A program made the position numbers and the translations under genes. Below the pieces are notes generated by a model, which was given only the letters and a program-made list of their open reading frames with translations, was not told the DNA's origin and did not search any database. Shown here piece by piece: positions 37,294 through 49,890 of a stretch of DNA of 64,000 nucleotides (position 1 is its first letter; every line of letters starts with the position of its first letter). Source of the stretch: Eremomyces bilateralis CBS 781.70 (Eukaryota); NCBI GenBank assembly GCA_010015585.1, contig ML975151.1; one strand, 5' to 3'.

Positions 37294-37755
37294 ATGGCTT
37301 CCAGGTCCCTCCTCCGATCATCAGCCTCGTCATCCCCCCGCCGAACCCTCCCCAGTCCTTCCTTCTCCAAATCCTTCCATTCCGCCACCCCAGCGCTAGC
37401 ATACGGGCATCCGAGCACCAACAAACCCGACCCGTTCAACGTCCGAGAGGACGCGAAGCACGCAACGCAGAAGCCCGGGGACGACCCGCAGTCACTAGAA
37501 TCTCGGTTAGGAAGGCAGTAAGTCACTGCCCGAACGCGCCACGAATCCATAGTCCCGTGCCGTGGGCCGCATTCCATGGCGGACACTCCGGAATTTGTCG
37601 CTGATCAGAATCGCAGGGCTAAAGAGCGACGTGGTAGTGATAATGCCACCGGGGAGAAGGATACAACGTCGTCGACGGCAAGGACGAAGAAGGAGCATCC
37701 GGAAGCCCCGACATTGATTGGGATGCAGGATGAGAGAGGGAAGAAGGGGACGTGA
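37294..37755 (+). CDS. Small hypothetical protein with mitochondrial presequence-like N-terminus
   Basis: MASRSLLRSS...RRTL...FHSATPALAY, a GTAAGT intron from 37518, and a last exon ending KKEHPEAPTLIGMQDERGKKGT*. Confidence 0.65.
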
Positions 37756-37974
37756 AGGGATGGAAGGACAATAGGGTTGCATAGGTGGTCTTCACAAATG
37801 GCAGATTGCTCCCTTTCTCGTCGAGGTATTGCATCGCATCGCATCGCATCGGAGCCCGCACCAGATGGACACGGCATTTAGAGCAGATCTCCTATATACA
37901 TAATTAATGCGAGAAAAGGACCGATCAGAGACGTTATTACCTGTATATCCAACCAACCACTCCCGTCCATCCCA

Positions 37975-38913
37975 CTACTTTTCATCAAACCCCGTCCGTC
38001 CAATCGCCAGCACCACCACCAGACTTGTCACGATCAACGCCCCCGCACACCCCGCAACCAACACTACACTCCCTCGACTCGCCGGAAACCGCCCCCGCAG
38101 TATATAGTGCTGCCCCTCGAAATACCGATGATACCCCGTGAATAGCACCACCATCGCCACGGCGATGAACGTCGCCCCGAGCGGCTTGCCAACGTGTCGG
38201 AGGCGCGTTTCGATGCCCGATGGGGATTGTTGGGCGAGCCAGGTGGGCGAGGCGGCGTCGAATAAGGACGGGGAGGCGGCGTCATTGGTGGCGATGGAGG
38301 TGTTGAGGCGGAAGAGCTGGGTGACGGCGATGCCGATGGAGGCGAAGGCGAGTGAAGTGCGAAGCCAGGCGAGGAATGTTCGTTCTGTGCATCGTGGATT
38401 AGCATTGCGCAGTCCTCAAGGTGGTTAAAGAACGTAGGGGATGGACGAACCTAACGCCAGATGATCGCGCGCCACGCTCCCTTTATTATCCAGCTCCACG
38501 CTTCCGTATTTCTCCACCACTTCCCTCCACCACTCCGCGACTCCCCCGCGCGGCTTCCGCTGCACCCCCTCCGATGCCGACGTTCGGCTCTCCTCGCCGG
38601 TATCTGACCGGCTCGACCCCCTCGCCCCCTCCGTCGAATGGCTACCCGATGAATTCCGGGTCCGGGTATTCGTCCCTGTCGTCGAGTATCCTCTCGCCGA
38701 GCCGGTCGCCGCGATCTCCCGTGACGCGAACGCCGTCCGCTCGTTCGCATCGTCAGTCGCCGGTTGCTTGTGTAATATGGGTGGATTGAATCGAAGGCTG
38801 GAGGAGGGTCTCACCCCGGGCTGCGATGCGTGCGGGAGAGATTCGTCTGGGTGGGAGCGCGGGCTGGGAGATCGAGCAGAGCGTGGGCGCGGGGTTGCGG
38901 AAGGGTTAGACAT
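37975..38913 (-). CDS. DUF202-domain membrane protein
   Basis: [42 protein letters not shown] followed by two more hydrophobic segments. One intron. Confidence 0.9.
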
Positions 38914-39479
38914 GTTGACCGTCGGTCGGGGATTAGATTGTTTCTATCTAGGCACATGCTCCCCTAGGATTCCACGTTAGAGTCCGAGTTCGTGGAATGA
39001 TGGAATGCGTTGATCGTGAAGACCGGGGCACAGGCCGCCTTTGCATGAAAGAACTGGATAGGTGAACTGGACATACGTACAATATAGCTGGCCGCCCAAG
39101 TGTATGCTTCGTTTATGATGCCCACTTCATTCGACCATTATCATCTTAAATGTTGCGGGGAACTAAGCAATGACATTACCCTGTTATGTACAGCTGGATC
39201 GGAGTCGCGATATCACCAGATGTTGGCGTGCTCGATCATGGCGCACCGTAGGACATGGCTGATGCAGGTTCCTGCAGCCGCTGTAGTGGATGGGGGGGCA
39301 GGGACGGCACCGGACTGGAGGCCTAGGCCCTAGACTTCCCGTCTCTTGAACCCCGATTCGGCGATTCGAATCGAGAGCTGCTCATCGATAATTCGACAGC
39401 GATAATCCCTACAGATAAACAATGCAGGAATCTCTCAGCAGGCGCTTCAGATTTCATCCCCCTCCTTCGCCCCTCCACC

Positions 39480-39762
39480 ATGCTCTTCATGATCATCGAG
39501 CATTTCACCAATGCTCCCGCCGTGTACGCCCGCTTGGCGGAGGGGGGTCGATTGGCTCCCGCGGGGTTGACGTATATCGCGAGCTGGGTGGCGGAAGACA
39601 TGAGCCGATGCTATCAGGTCATGGGAGTGCGAGGATCGGTCGCTGCTGGAGGACTGGATGAGGAACTGGGCGGATCTGGTGCGGTTCGAGGTGGTACCCA
39701 TCATCGCCTCCGCGGAAGCGGCGGTGGTGCAACGGGATGATCATACGGGGGCGTCGGCATAG
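39480..39762 (+). pseudogene. DUF3303-like small protein of prokaryotic type, interrupted by a +1 frameshift (or a sequencing error)
   Basis: MLFMIIEHF...VYARLAEGGRLAPAGLTYIASWV..DMSRCYQVM, then after an extra G at 39623-39625 ECEDRSLLEDWMRNWADLVRFEVVPIIASAEAA. No intron. Confidence 0.7.
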
Positions 39763-40158
39763 GATACACTGGTACGAGTACGTGTCACGGTGTCACTAGA
39801 TAACCGAGTCGTCGAAGACTGAGCTGAAATAAGAGACGGTAGGAACCTGACGTTTTGCAGGTTTTCATTTGGGAGCCGATCCAATCTTGGGGTCTATAGC
39901 AGCTCGTGGTGTATTCTTCTACAATCGTCCGAAGCCGCTCAGCAATAGCCCTTACAGCCATTGATTTTATGCATCATCCCATCCAACCACAGACCCCCTC
40001 CAACAACGTATGATAGCCATGAAGACTTTTTGAACATCGTCTGGAACTCCTTTAGAGCGCCCTTTTGATTCAATCCGGTCTGACCATGGCCACCTCCCAG
40101 AATGATAATGCATTGTCCGACCAATGACAGGTTGTCATCATGTTCACATTCCCCGATT

Positions 40159-41831
40159 TCAATCCATCATTTCTTTCGTCGATTTGCCCGCGCGGCTGCT
40201 CTTGATCACCCTCTTCACCTTCTCCTCAACCACATCCCAGTCGTCGGTGGGAAGGGTAACGAGTACGATCCCGAAGTGTGCCTGGATGTCCTGCAGCTGT
40301 TGCCACGATGATCGGTCATGCACGAAGCTGATGGCGACACCGACGCGGCCAAACCGACCGGTGCGACCGATGCGGTGGAGATACGTCTCAGGATCAGCCC
40401 GGCCCCCTTTTGATTCGGGAATGTCCTGGTCGACGTTAGATTTGCCACAGACGAGATCACGGTTAACGCAAACTTACGTAGTTGATGACCATGGTGACGG
40501 ACTGGACGTCAATTCCACGGGCAAGGACATTGGTCGTGATGAGGACCTTGGCGGCCCCCGATCGGAACTTGTCGATGATGACATCGCGCTCGGGTCCTTC
40601 TAAGGCACCTGACAGCTGAGCCACTTGATGCCCATCCGCTTCCATGCGACGTTGAATCTCCGCGGCAGTGTCACGTCGCTAATATCGATTAGCAAAGGAA
40701 AGATCTGAGCCGTCATTTGGAACTGACCTTGACGAAAATAATGGAGGACGCGATGGTCATAAGACCGTAGAACTGGAGGAGAATACGATATTTATCCTCG
40801 TCACCATTGCAGTCGAAATAGAACTGCTTGATGCCTTCGACATTCAACTCCTCTTGCTTTAGGGTCAACAGGTTCGATTTGGGTGCAAAGATATTGGCGT
40901 AGTGGATGACCTCGGTGGGAAATGTGGCCGAGAAAAGTACCACTTGCAACTCTTTGGGGAGGAGACTAGCTGCAGTCAGTACTACCATTTAGAAAGCCGG
41001 GCATTCATAGATACTCACTTCTTCACCCGCTTGCATTGATCTCCCATCCCTTGCTGGTCAAGCATGTTGTCTGCCTCGTCCAGGACGAGAATCTTGATCT
41101 TCCTCGCATCCAGCTGTCGCCTTCGAATCTGATCCATAACCGTGCCGGGTGTTCCCACCACGATTTGTCCCTCCGTCTTGACTCCACGCTTGGATGGATC
41201 GGGAATTGCCGTGGCGACCCGCAGCTCGTCGATGAACCTCCCCATTTGCTTCACCACCCCCTCGATTTGCCGGGCCAGCTCACGGCTAGGCGCAAGCACC
41301 AACGCCTGGGGAGACAGGTCCGTGCGATCGATACGATGGAGCATGTTCAGCGTAAAGGCCGCCGTTTTCCCCGTACCGGACTGCGACTGGCCAATGAGAT
41401 TGGCGGGAGGATTGTGCAGCAAGAGCGGAAGAGCGCGTTCCTGGATTTTGGAGGGACGACGGAAGTTCATGGCATAGATCCCTTTAAGGATGTCTTCGGG
41501 GCTATATGACTTAGTGCCATAGCTCAAGGGCGAGAGATTGAACATACAGGCTCAGGTCATCGAACGACTTGACGGAGTAGAGAGGGTTGGAAGGATCGGC
41601 CTGGAGATCGGCAAGCTTGACGTCCACGTCGAATTCCGGTTCATTGAGGCCGGAGCCATTATTCGCGGCGCTTGCGCCATCTGCCTGTGACTCGCCAAGG
41701 TCTGATTTCGTGTCGTCTTTGGTCTCGGTTGAAGCGGTCGGAGGCTCGGTGGACGGTTCGGTGGAAGGTTTGGCAGGAGGATCGAAGGAGACACGGTCAT
41801 CCAGAGAGGTTGGTTTAGCCTCGTCGGCCAT
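40159..41831 (-). CDS. DBP5: ATP-dependent DEAD-box RNA helicase Dbp5 (mRNA export)
   Basis: [55 protein letters not shown] and [12 protein letters not shown]. Four introns. Confidence 0.96.
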
Positions 41832-42562
41832 GTTCGCTGTACGATAATGACGAGATGTACGAGTGTGGATATGGGATTAGTGGAATGGCGGGGATGAACG
41901 AAGAGGGTTGTGGGAGTGGGGGAGCGTTGACAAAAGGATGAAGGAATTGATATGTTCTCAGACACGGGAAGACTGGAATTCAGGACACAAGCAGACTGAG
42001 ATCAAGTGAGACTAAGCAACTGTAATTTACAGAGGTCAGTACGGTAGCCAGGAATTCTAAGCTCAATAATGTGTGTATCGGATGGAAATCCAAGGATTAA
42101 CATGGAGAATTTGGGTTGAAGTTGTGAGTGACCGCATTTGGTATTTGTGCCTCAGGCATGAATGCAATGAAGTATCATGTGACTCTTGGTCTGGACCCTG
42201 CCCCGCAATGTGCCACGCTGCACGTGGTGTGTACTGAAAACTCAAGGCTCTAAGGCGTCAAGGCAAAAAGACGCCCTCATGGTGATGCCACACATGCAGC
42301 GGCACCACCACTGCCACTCCTCCCACTCTGGTAATGCCGACTTTCCTGACGGCATCGGATAGGATATTCATGTTAGAAGGGACAACTTGATGTACCGTAA
42401 TTGCCAGCACTATAATTCCTGCAATTCTGTATCCTTAAGTCTCATTCTATGGTCTTTTAATACAATCGTCTCTTCCCAACTCCCACCGCAATAGTCCGTC
42501 CCGAAAGCCGTCTGCATGCCTCCACCCTCCCAACCAACCCACTCTATCCTACCTATAATACA

Positions 42563-45145
42563 ATGGCGGAAGTCGACATCAATCCAAGCTTTGGCGCCGA
42601 GCTGAAGGTGCGTCCTCTATGCTAATGTCCAGTGCAGCCAGGGCTTACCATATATCTAGGATGGCTTCAAAACCGTGAACGCTTGGGTAAGGCCGGTTTC
42701 TCTCCTACACCGTCGCACCGCCCGTCGATTAATAGAGCACGAAGTTGACTTTGGATGGTTTAGGTGGGCAACGGAATTCTCTGGCTCGATGATATACAAC
42801 AGTTCTACCGGGAGAGGTCGGTGATCGAGAAGGAGTATGCGGGCAAGCTCAGTGCCCTCGCGAAGAAGTACTTCGAGAAGAAGGCCCGGAAGTCAAGCAG
42901 CATGAGCGTTGGAGACACCCCAACCGTGACTCCTGGCTCGTTGGAAAGGTATGGATGCTCTTGAAACCAATCGTAGGCTGAGACGGGGATTGACTTCAGT
43001 AGCGCATCGATGACCACCTGGACGGTTCAACTGACGACGCTCGAACAACGGGCGGCCGAACACGACCGATTCTCGACACAACTCGTTGGCCACGTGGCGG
43101 ATGTGCTCAAGGCATTGCAGATGCGCTATGAGGATCTCCGAAAGGCCCATACTGAGTATGCGGCGAAACTGGAGAAAGAGCGAGATGCGTCCTATGCCGA
43201 CCTGCGGAAAACGAAAGGCAAATATGACTCGGTCTGTCAGGAGGTTGAGAACCGGAGGAAAAAGACGGATAGCGCATTCGACTACGGAAAATCGAAAGCG
43301 ACGGTGGCATTCCAGCAGCAACAGGCAGAGATGCACAACGTCAAAGTTAGCACCGGAGATCTAAAGAGACAACTGGATTGGCTAACTGTGGCAGAACACC
43401 TATATCATAAATATAAACGTGACCAACAGGCAAAAGGAACGATACTACAACGAATATGTCCCGGAATTATTGGATGTAAGGCTCACCAGCCGACAGTGGA
43501 TTCCTCGCTAATAGCAACTTCAGAGCATGCAAGGCCTTTCAGAGACTCGAGTCGCGAAACTTAACTCAATCTGGTCCCTTGCGGCTCGAATAGAACACGA
43601 AGTGATGACTCGAAGTACATCCTATCTTGACCATCTCTCATCCGAAATCCCTCGCAACAACCCCGCCCTTGACTCGATGATGTTCGTGCGACACAACGCC
43701 GCTCCCTGGGCGGAACCCGGCGATGCCGTCTTCGAACCCTCGCCTGTATGGCATGACGATTCGTCCATCATGACCGACGAGACCGCGAAGAACTTCCTCC
43801 GCAATGTGCTCACGAAAAGCAAAGGGCAGCTTTCGGACTTGCGGAGGGATATCGACCGGCAGAAACGAGAAATCGAAGGGGCGCGGAGAGTAAGATCGAA
43901 CATTCGAGAAGGCAAGGATAACAGAGATGAGGTCGAGGTGGTCCGAGCCATATTCACATTGCAGGAGAACCTGCATGAAGTGCAACGGCAGCTGGTCACG
44001 GCGGAGACGGAGATCACGACAATAACGAACGTGGTGGGAGACGTAAGCATCGGGGCGCGCAATCATGACTTCAAAGGGGAAACATTCAAGATCCCAACAA
44101 ACTGCGATTTCTGCGGCGAACGCATCTGGGGGCTCTCAGCGAAGGGGTTTACTTGTCGCGACTGCGGCTTCACGTGCCATAGCAAGTGTCAAATGAAGGC
44201 TCCTGCCGACTGCCCAGGGGAGCAATCCAAGGAGGATAAGAAGAGATTAAAGACCGAGCGACAAGAGGCCGCTCATGTACTAGATGGGAGTCGCACGAAC
44301 GGTTCCGTCTCGGCCTCCCCATCGGTGCCAGAGCTACCGGGCAATATGCCTGGTGTGAGCCGCACGGGCACCGTTACCTCACTCAACACGCTGAGTTCGG
44401 GGTATTCGGCCCAAGGGCAACGAAGTGTGTCCACCAGCAGCGTCGTGCCAGAGATGGAAGGGGACACGCCCGCGTCAAGCATGGTTGAGAAAGACTCGAC
44501 CGTGAAGGCTTCGAAGCCTGCTGCCGGTCGACGGCGCATCCTGGCTCCTCCACCAACCGCATATGCCGGCGACAGCGGCGGGGATGGCGCGAGCGACAGG
44601 CAGCAGAAAGGCAAGATGATGTACGCCTACGTCGCTAACGGCGAGGGGGAGATCAGCGTCCAGGAAGGCGACCCGGTCGTCCTTGTCGGGCCCGATGGTA
44701 AGTCCTTAGAATCCTACGTGCCCTCCTCCCCATACTGACAACCCCAGACGGCTCCGGCTGGACGAAAATCAAATGCAACCTCTCCACCGGCCTCGTTCCC
44801 ACCTCCTACATCGACCTCCACCCCCAGCCCCCATCCGCCGTCAGCGCCATGCTTGCCGCCCCCGAGCGGCCCGGCAGCGCGTATTCCAACTCCTCCGCGT
44901 CCCTCACCTCCAGTGCACCCGCCGCGAAGAAAAAAGGCCCCGTCGTGGCCCCGCGAAGGGGGGCGAAGAAGCTGAAGTACGCGGAGGCGTTGTACGACTA
45001 CGAGTCGCGGAGCGAGGCGGAGCACTCGATCGCGGAAGGGGAGCGGTTTGTTTTGATTAGTAAGGATAGTGGGGATGGGTGGGCGGATGTGGAGAAGGGG
45101 GGGGTGGTTAAAAGCGTGCCGGCGAACTACATCCAGGAGATGTAG
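42563..45145 (+). CDS. BZZ1: F-BAR / C1 / dual SH3 protein Bzz1
   Basis: SFGAELK|DGFK, FCH motif FYRERSVIEKEY, C1 domain HDFKGETFKIPTNCDFC...CHSKC and two SH3 domains (MYAYVANGEGEIS; ALYDYESRSEAEHS...VPANYI). About six introns. Confidence 0.93.
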
Positions 45146-45628
45146 GATTTATGAGGGTTGGACGGGACGACCTGTGGGAGATATTCTTGGATCGTGCAGA
45201 TTCGTCATTCGAGATATCACCAAGATTTTTATGATGATTATCCAGGGCGTCCTAGTATGTATAGTGAATGTCTTGACCTCCTGTGTGAATTGGGGGAATT
45301 GGGAGGGGTCGTTGCAGCATTGCCACTGACAGGGGGTGGGGCATTATTGCACCAACTGCCCCACCCCCTTCACATCCTGGGATCTCCTCCGTCCCCAATC
45401 TCTCCTCCGCATTACCCTCAAACACGAGGCAACGAAATCGCAAGCGACCTCTCCAAACACAGAGGATGTCCTCATTTCTAGATCCAATTCAATTGAACTC
45501 CGATCGTCACGACACAATCAAAATCTTGGAGTTCCGTTGATGAAACGATCCATCAGCAAGGGTTCTGCGCCCTGCACCCTGCAGCTAAGCTGAAGATCCT
45601 GGCCTAGACCTGCCGCATTCGTCACCGC

Positions 45629-45645
45629 AGCGATGATTCATCGCT
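45629..45645. promoter_or_regulatory. ATGANTCAT bZIP (AP-1/GCRE-like) site within a 17-bp inverted repeat, upstream of a TATA box
   Basis: AGCGATGA-T-TCATCGCT read directly. TATATAA lies at 45710-45716. Confidence 0.55.
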
Positions 45646-45840
45646 CAGGCGGACTTGGCTTCCGCTAGCCGACTGCAAGCATCGCTTTGGATCCCCTCTT
45701 CACGATAATTATATAACTATCTCGACCACTTTCTCGAGTTTTAACTTTAAGAACGCACTCCATCTCCTGTTTCTTCCTCATATTTCCCTTTCTTAGACCA
45801 GCGGGGCCTCAACTTGCCTTGGGGTCCGTAACCTAACCCC

Positions 45841-46663
45841 CTGTACCCAGACGAGTTTGCGTTTGACCAACAATGTCGTCCTGCATCTCTCTCACACTCG
45901 TGTTCTACTCGCCCCGGAGACTCTTCGCTCCTCGAGAGGCAGGCTAATTCAAACTGTGATTCCTCCCTGCATCTAGGAGGTTCATGGTCGAGTGATGCTA
46001 CTAGTCTCTGCGGACCGGAGGTCTCCGACCCTTTTTCCAGTTTTGATTTACAGTCTTCTTCTACCTTACTTTCCCCTTACGGCCAGACTTCAATCGGCAC
46101 TGATCAGGCGTCTTCACTTGCGAATTTCGAATCTCTTTCTTTCACAGATCCGCTGGTCATGCTAGGCGACCTCGATTGCAACACTCATTTCGGATTGGGG
46201 CTCGCCGATCCGGCAGGTCTTCTTCCGCTCCCTGCACATGATTTATACGACGCGTTTCCTTCGAATGGCATGGAAGATAGCACTTCATGTATGTCCACAA
46301 TCCCCGTTCGAGATCCCCAAAGGCTAATGCCGGGCAGTATCTACGGCCCTGATGACCCCATCCTCCAGCTCCCAACCCTCCCCAACTTCACATCCCCGAA
46401 CCGCCGCTCCTCCCAGCACCACCTCTCCATCATCCATGCCCAAAAAGCGTTCCAGGAGTCCTCCCGACGACTTCTGCATCGACAAGCGCCGTCGCAACAA
46501 CCTCGCGGCAGCCAAGTATCGGCAGAAGAAGGTCGACCGGATCTCCGAGCTGGAGTCCGTGGTGGCCGACGTCACTCGCGAGCGGGACGACCTGAAGCTT
46601 CAGCTGGCCATGAGCAACAGAGAAATCGAATTGCTCCGAAACCTTCTGTCGAAGAAGGAGTGA
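45841..46663 (+). CDS. bZIP transcription factor, JlbA/IDI-4-like; start either CTG 45841 or ATG 46159
   Basis: Basic region KRRRNNLAAAKYRQKKVDRISELE plus a leucine zipper. An intron at 46290-46338 (GTATGT...GCTAAT...CAG) joins the two ORF-track frames. The frame is open back to a stop at 45829-45831. Confidence 0.8.
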
Positions 46664-47677
46664 CATGGATCCCCTGTGTCCTCGGTGTTCAGTTAAGTCA
46701 GCGTCTTTCTCTGGGTTTTCTAGCGGCATAGATTGGGGATGCGTGTTAAAGAATCAGACGATGTCGAAGCTTGTATCATTTGAAGTTTGTGATCTATTCG
46801 GCAAAATGTTTCGTCATGGGAACGGGATAGGATGTGGAAGGTTATCACGTACCCGTACGAGAGATTAGATCTTGTCACAGTCGGAACATCGTATTGATTT
46901 GGCAATCTGCATAACTACTCTCTATCTATGTGACTCTTCGACCCTTTATACCGCCATATTTTCCATCCTGCTTTGAACCACTGCTCCTCTGATTCGCAAT
47001 ACCGAAGCCATACCGTGCTCCGATCATAATGATTCATACCTATTCATCTGAGATTGTTCCCGAGGAGTGCTTAAAGCCATCCGTGACAGACTCGAAGCCG
47101 GCCATGTCCGTACTAAAAGGGGTACTGTTGAGCTAGGAAATGAATCATAATGAGTTTCGATGAGTATGTCGGCTAGAGGAGAGCCTGGAAATCAACCATG
47201 CTCCTAGACACGGAGGTGTTAGGACCGCTAGTAGCACCACACCCATCTATAGTAGGCCCGGCGGTACTGGAGGTCCATGGCCGGGACTGACTGTGCTAGC
47301 TAACATCGATGGTATAGATAACAAGGCAGAGCAATCCGGCTATTATTCCTACGCGCTCAGCCCCACGACAGAGTTCAGTGACAAGCCTCTATGCTGCTTA
47401 TATGCGAAGTTGTGAAACCGATGGGTTGGCCAGCGCACAGCAGGCTTGGAACACTCACATCATAATATCGCATTATTAACGCGAGTATCGCCTATGGCAA
47501 TCGAGTATCGCGCGATAGAGAGTTGATTGTGGAGCACGACAGGCCGGGAGCTGGCCCCACTTCCGAAGTGGAGTGTGTGAGGGAAAGCACCCCAACTGTA
47601 ACGTCTTTCCGATTGCTACCTTGAGATCTCCTTGTATTTCTTGCTCCTAATAATCTAGCACAAAAGAATAGCAAGCC

Positions 47678-48742
47678 ATGGCTACAGAGGCAATCGTCCC
47701 TCTGAATGTCCTTACAGAGCTCACCTTTCTGGAGCCGGACATCATCTTTCAGTCAGAAAAGCCGTATCGGCTTCGTTATGATCCCGGAGACGAGATTCCA
47801 CGAACCAATTGCAAATCTCAAGTCCAGAGCAACATCTTGATCCACGATATTCGTGGTAGAGAGAGCTCGTTCAGCTTGGACAACAATGGCTTTGAAATCT
47901 TGACACTAGATTCTAAGTTGGGGCCGGAAGATTTCTATGATCGCGAAAAGGTGCAGGCTGTGTATTACAAAGAGCTCCAGCAGCTTTTGAGGGACAGGTT
48001 CGGTCCCAAACGGGTCGAGATACTGGAGCATGGTGTATGAAATCGTATTGTCTGCGAAAGCGTCTTGTCTCATGATTTATGCAGATCAGGAGGAGACACG
48101 CGGAGTTCCCGATATCGATTGGAGGAGACTACGACCATCTCCAGCCTACGTCAATAATTCATATTGGTCTTTCGCCATGGCTCAACGGGGAACAGAATCC
48201 ATTGCTGACATGCTTAACTGTAGACTTCACACCACAGGCTGCGAAGGAGACGAGCAAGCGAGTCCTGCAAGTCGATCCGGACCAGTACAAGCGAATGCAA
48301 TGTCTGAAGCAAGTGCTCATCCATTACCATCGGTAGCTTGAGGTTGACATCGTCCAGTATTTGGAAGCCATTGCGGGGCCCTTTGACCGATTGGCCACTC
48401 TCGGTATGCGATGCTCGATCCGTGAGCATCGAGCAGGATTGCGAAGCAACCGATGTGGTCGAAAGGACCGGCTTTACGGAGAACTACCAGGTCTACTTCA
48501 ACCCTGCGCAGCATTTCTGCTATCTGAACAGGCAACTCGCATCCGAACTGGTCGTCTTCCGTCAGTCCGACACAAAACCAGGTTGTACCACTGGTAGGTG
48601 CATGTTGTCTCGCGGGTGACGGATGGAGAAGTGCTAACGAGCGAGAGCAGGATCTCCTCATGCCGGTTTTCGCAATCCAAACACAATGCCAGGAGAGCAT
48701 CCCAGAGAAAGCATTGAGACTCGCGCGTTTCTGTATTATTGA
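47678..48742 (+). CDS. AsaB/CmcJ/GA4-desaturase-like hydroxylase/desaturase family protein
   Basis: EKPY, IHDIRGRESSFSLDNNGF, HI|DFT, WKPLRGPLTDWPLSVCDARS, PHAGF and PRESIETR. About four introns. Confidence 0.85.
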
Positions 48743-49890
48743 AGAACGTATCTCAGATTAATTTGATCTAGTATGGGTTGAGTACGTGTAAACTATGGTC
48801 AAATTGAGTCGTAAACTGCAATCCAAATAACCAACACAACGGAATGGCATGCTTGCTGTGCATCAAATCTCTCATCTCATACAAATTATCCAGCCGATAC
48901 CACTACTTTCCATCCGCATTGTTCGGAGTAGTATGCGTACTGGTGGCCGTGCCTTCGAGTCGAATTGTTTCGCCTTTGGGGAATCCGTGCTTCTCGCCGC
49001 TCGTAACGGGTGTCTTCGGAGGCCAATGGGCCTTCCATGGTTGAGTCCGGTTATCTGTTGCCAGAACAGAGTCTTCCTTTGTGTTTGATGGCATGTTGGT
49101 CTACATACGTAAGCCCCAGGTTACGAGTAGAGGACGCAGCGTAGTCAAATACTCACCGCTTGATAGATTGGGCTTTGGAGACAGTAATGTGAAGTTCCAG
49201 ATACCTGGTTCCGTTGGAGACAATCACGAAAACCAATTACTACTTGGTAGGATAGCTTTTAGATGTTAAATTGCTAATAGCGGAGAGATTGGAAGAGGAA
49301 CACCAAAGTTTCAGACCAGTCACGAGGATACCGGACGTTGCAATCTGGCCTTCCCCCGCACCAGTGTTACCTGTAGGCCGACTATCGTAAATTCGTAATC
49401 CACCACCGAGTTAGCCATTTCAACTATACAACAGCCCGATTTGATCGAACTTAGTCTTGTTCGATAGCCAGTTTAGCTAAATTGATATTAGCTTCGTTTG
49501 AAGGCAATTGAACTTGTTGTTTTCGAGGCATCACGAAAAAACGGTGATGGATCGTTATTCTGGTGGTGAAGTGGCTAACTCAGTGGTTCGGCTAGCTCGG
49601 TGGACGGTACGGATACCATAGTGGATTACGTTAGGCACGGGGCGTTCCATATTAGGGGCCCAGTTTATCCTTTCTTGGGTTCCAATTATATGGAGCCTTG
49701 GAAGCACCCACAATCCTGGTTCTATCTCGACTCTCGAGGAGGATACGCCAAGATAACTACAGAAAACCACTAACTAACTAACCAGTTAACTATTGACTCA
49801 TTGCACCTAAAAATGGTTAGACATATGCATGCTGTGACAGCAAAGATGTGGGACCGAGCGGAACAGAAACGTTTTCGTGATCTCATCGAG

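Noticed and set aside
46159..46731. Apparent frameshift or unconventional (Hac1-like) splicing in the bZIP gene
   Set aside because: A canonical spliceosomal intron at 46290-46338 joins the frames.
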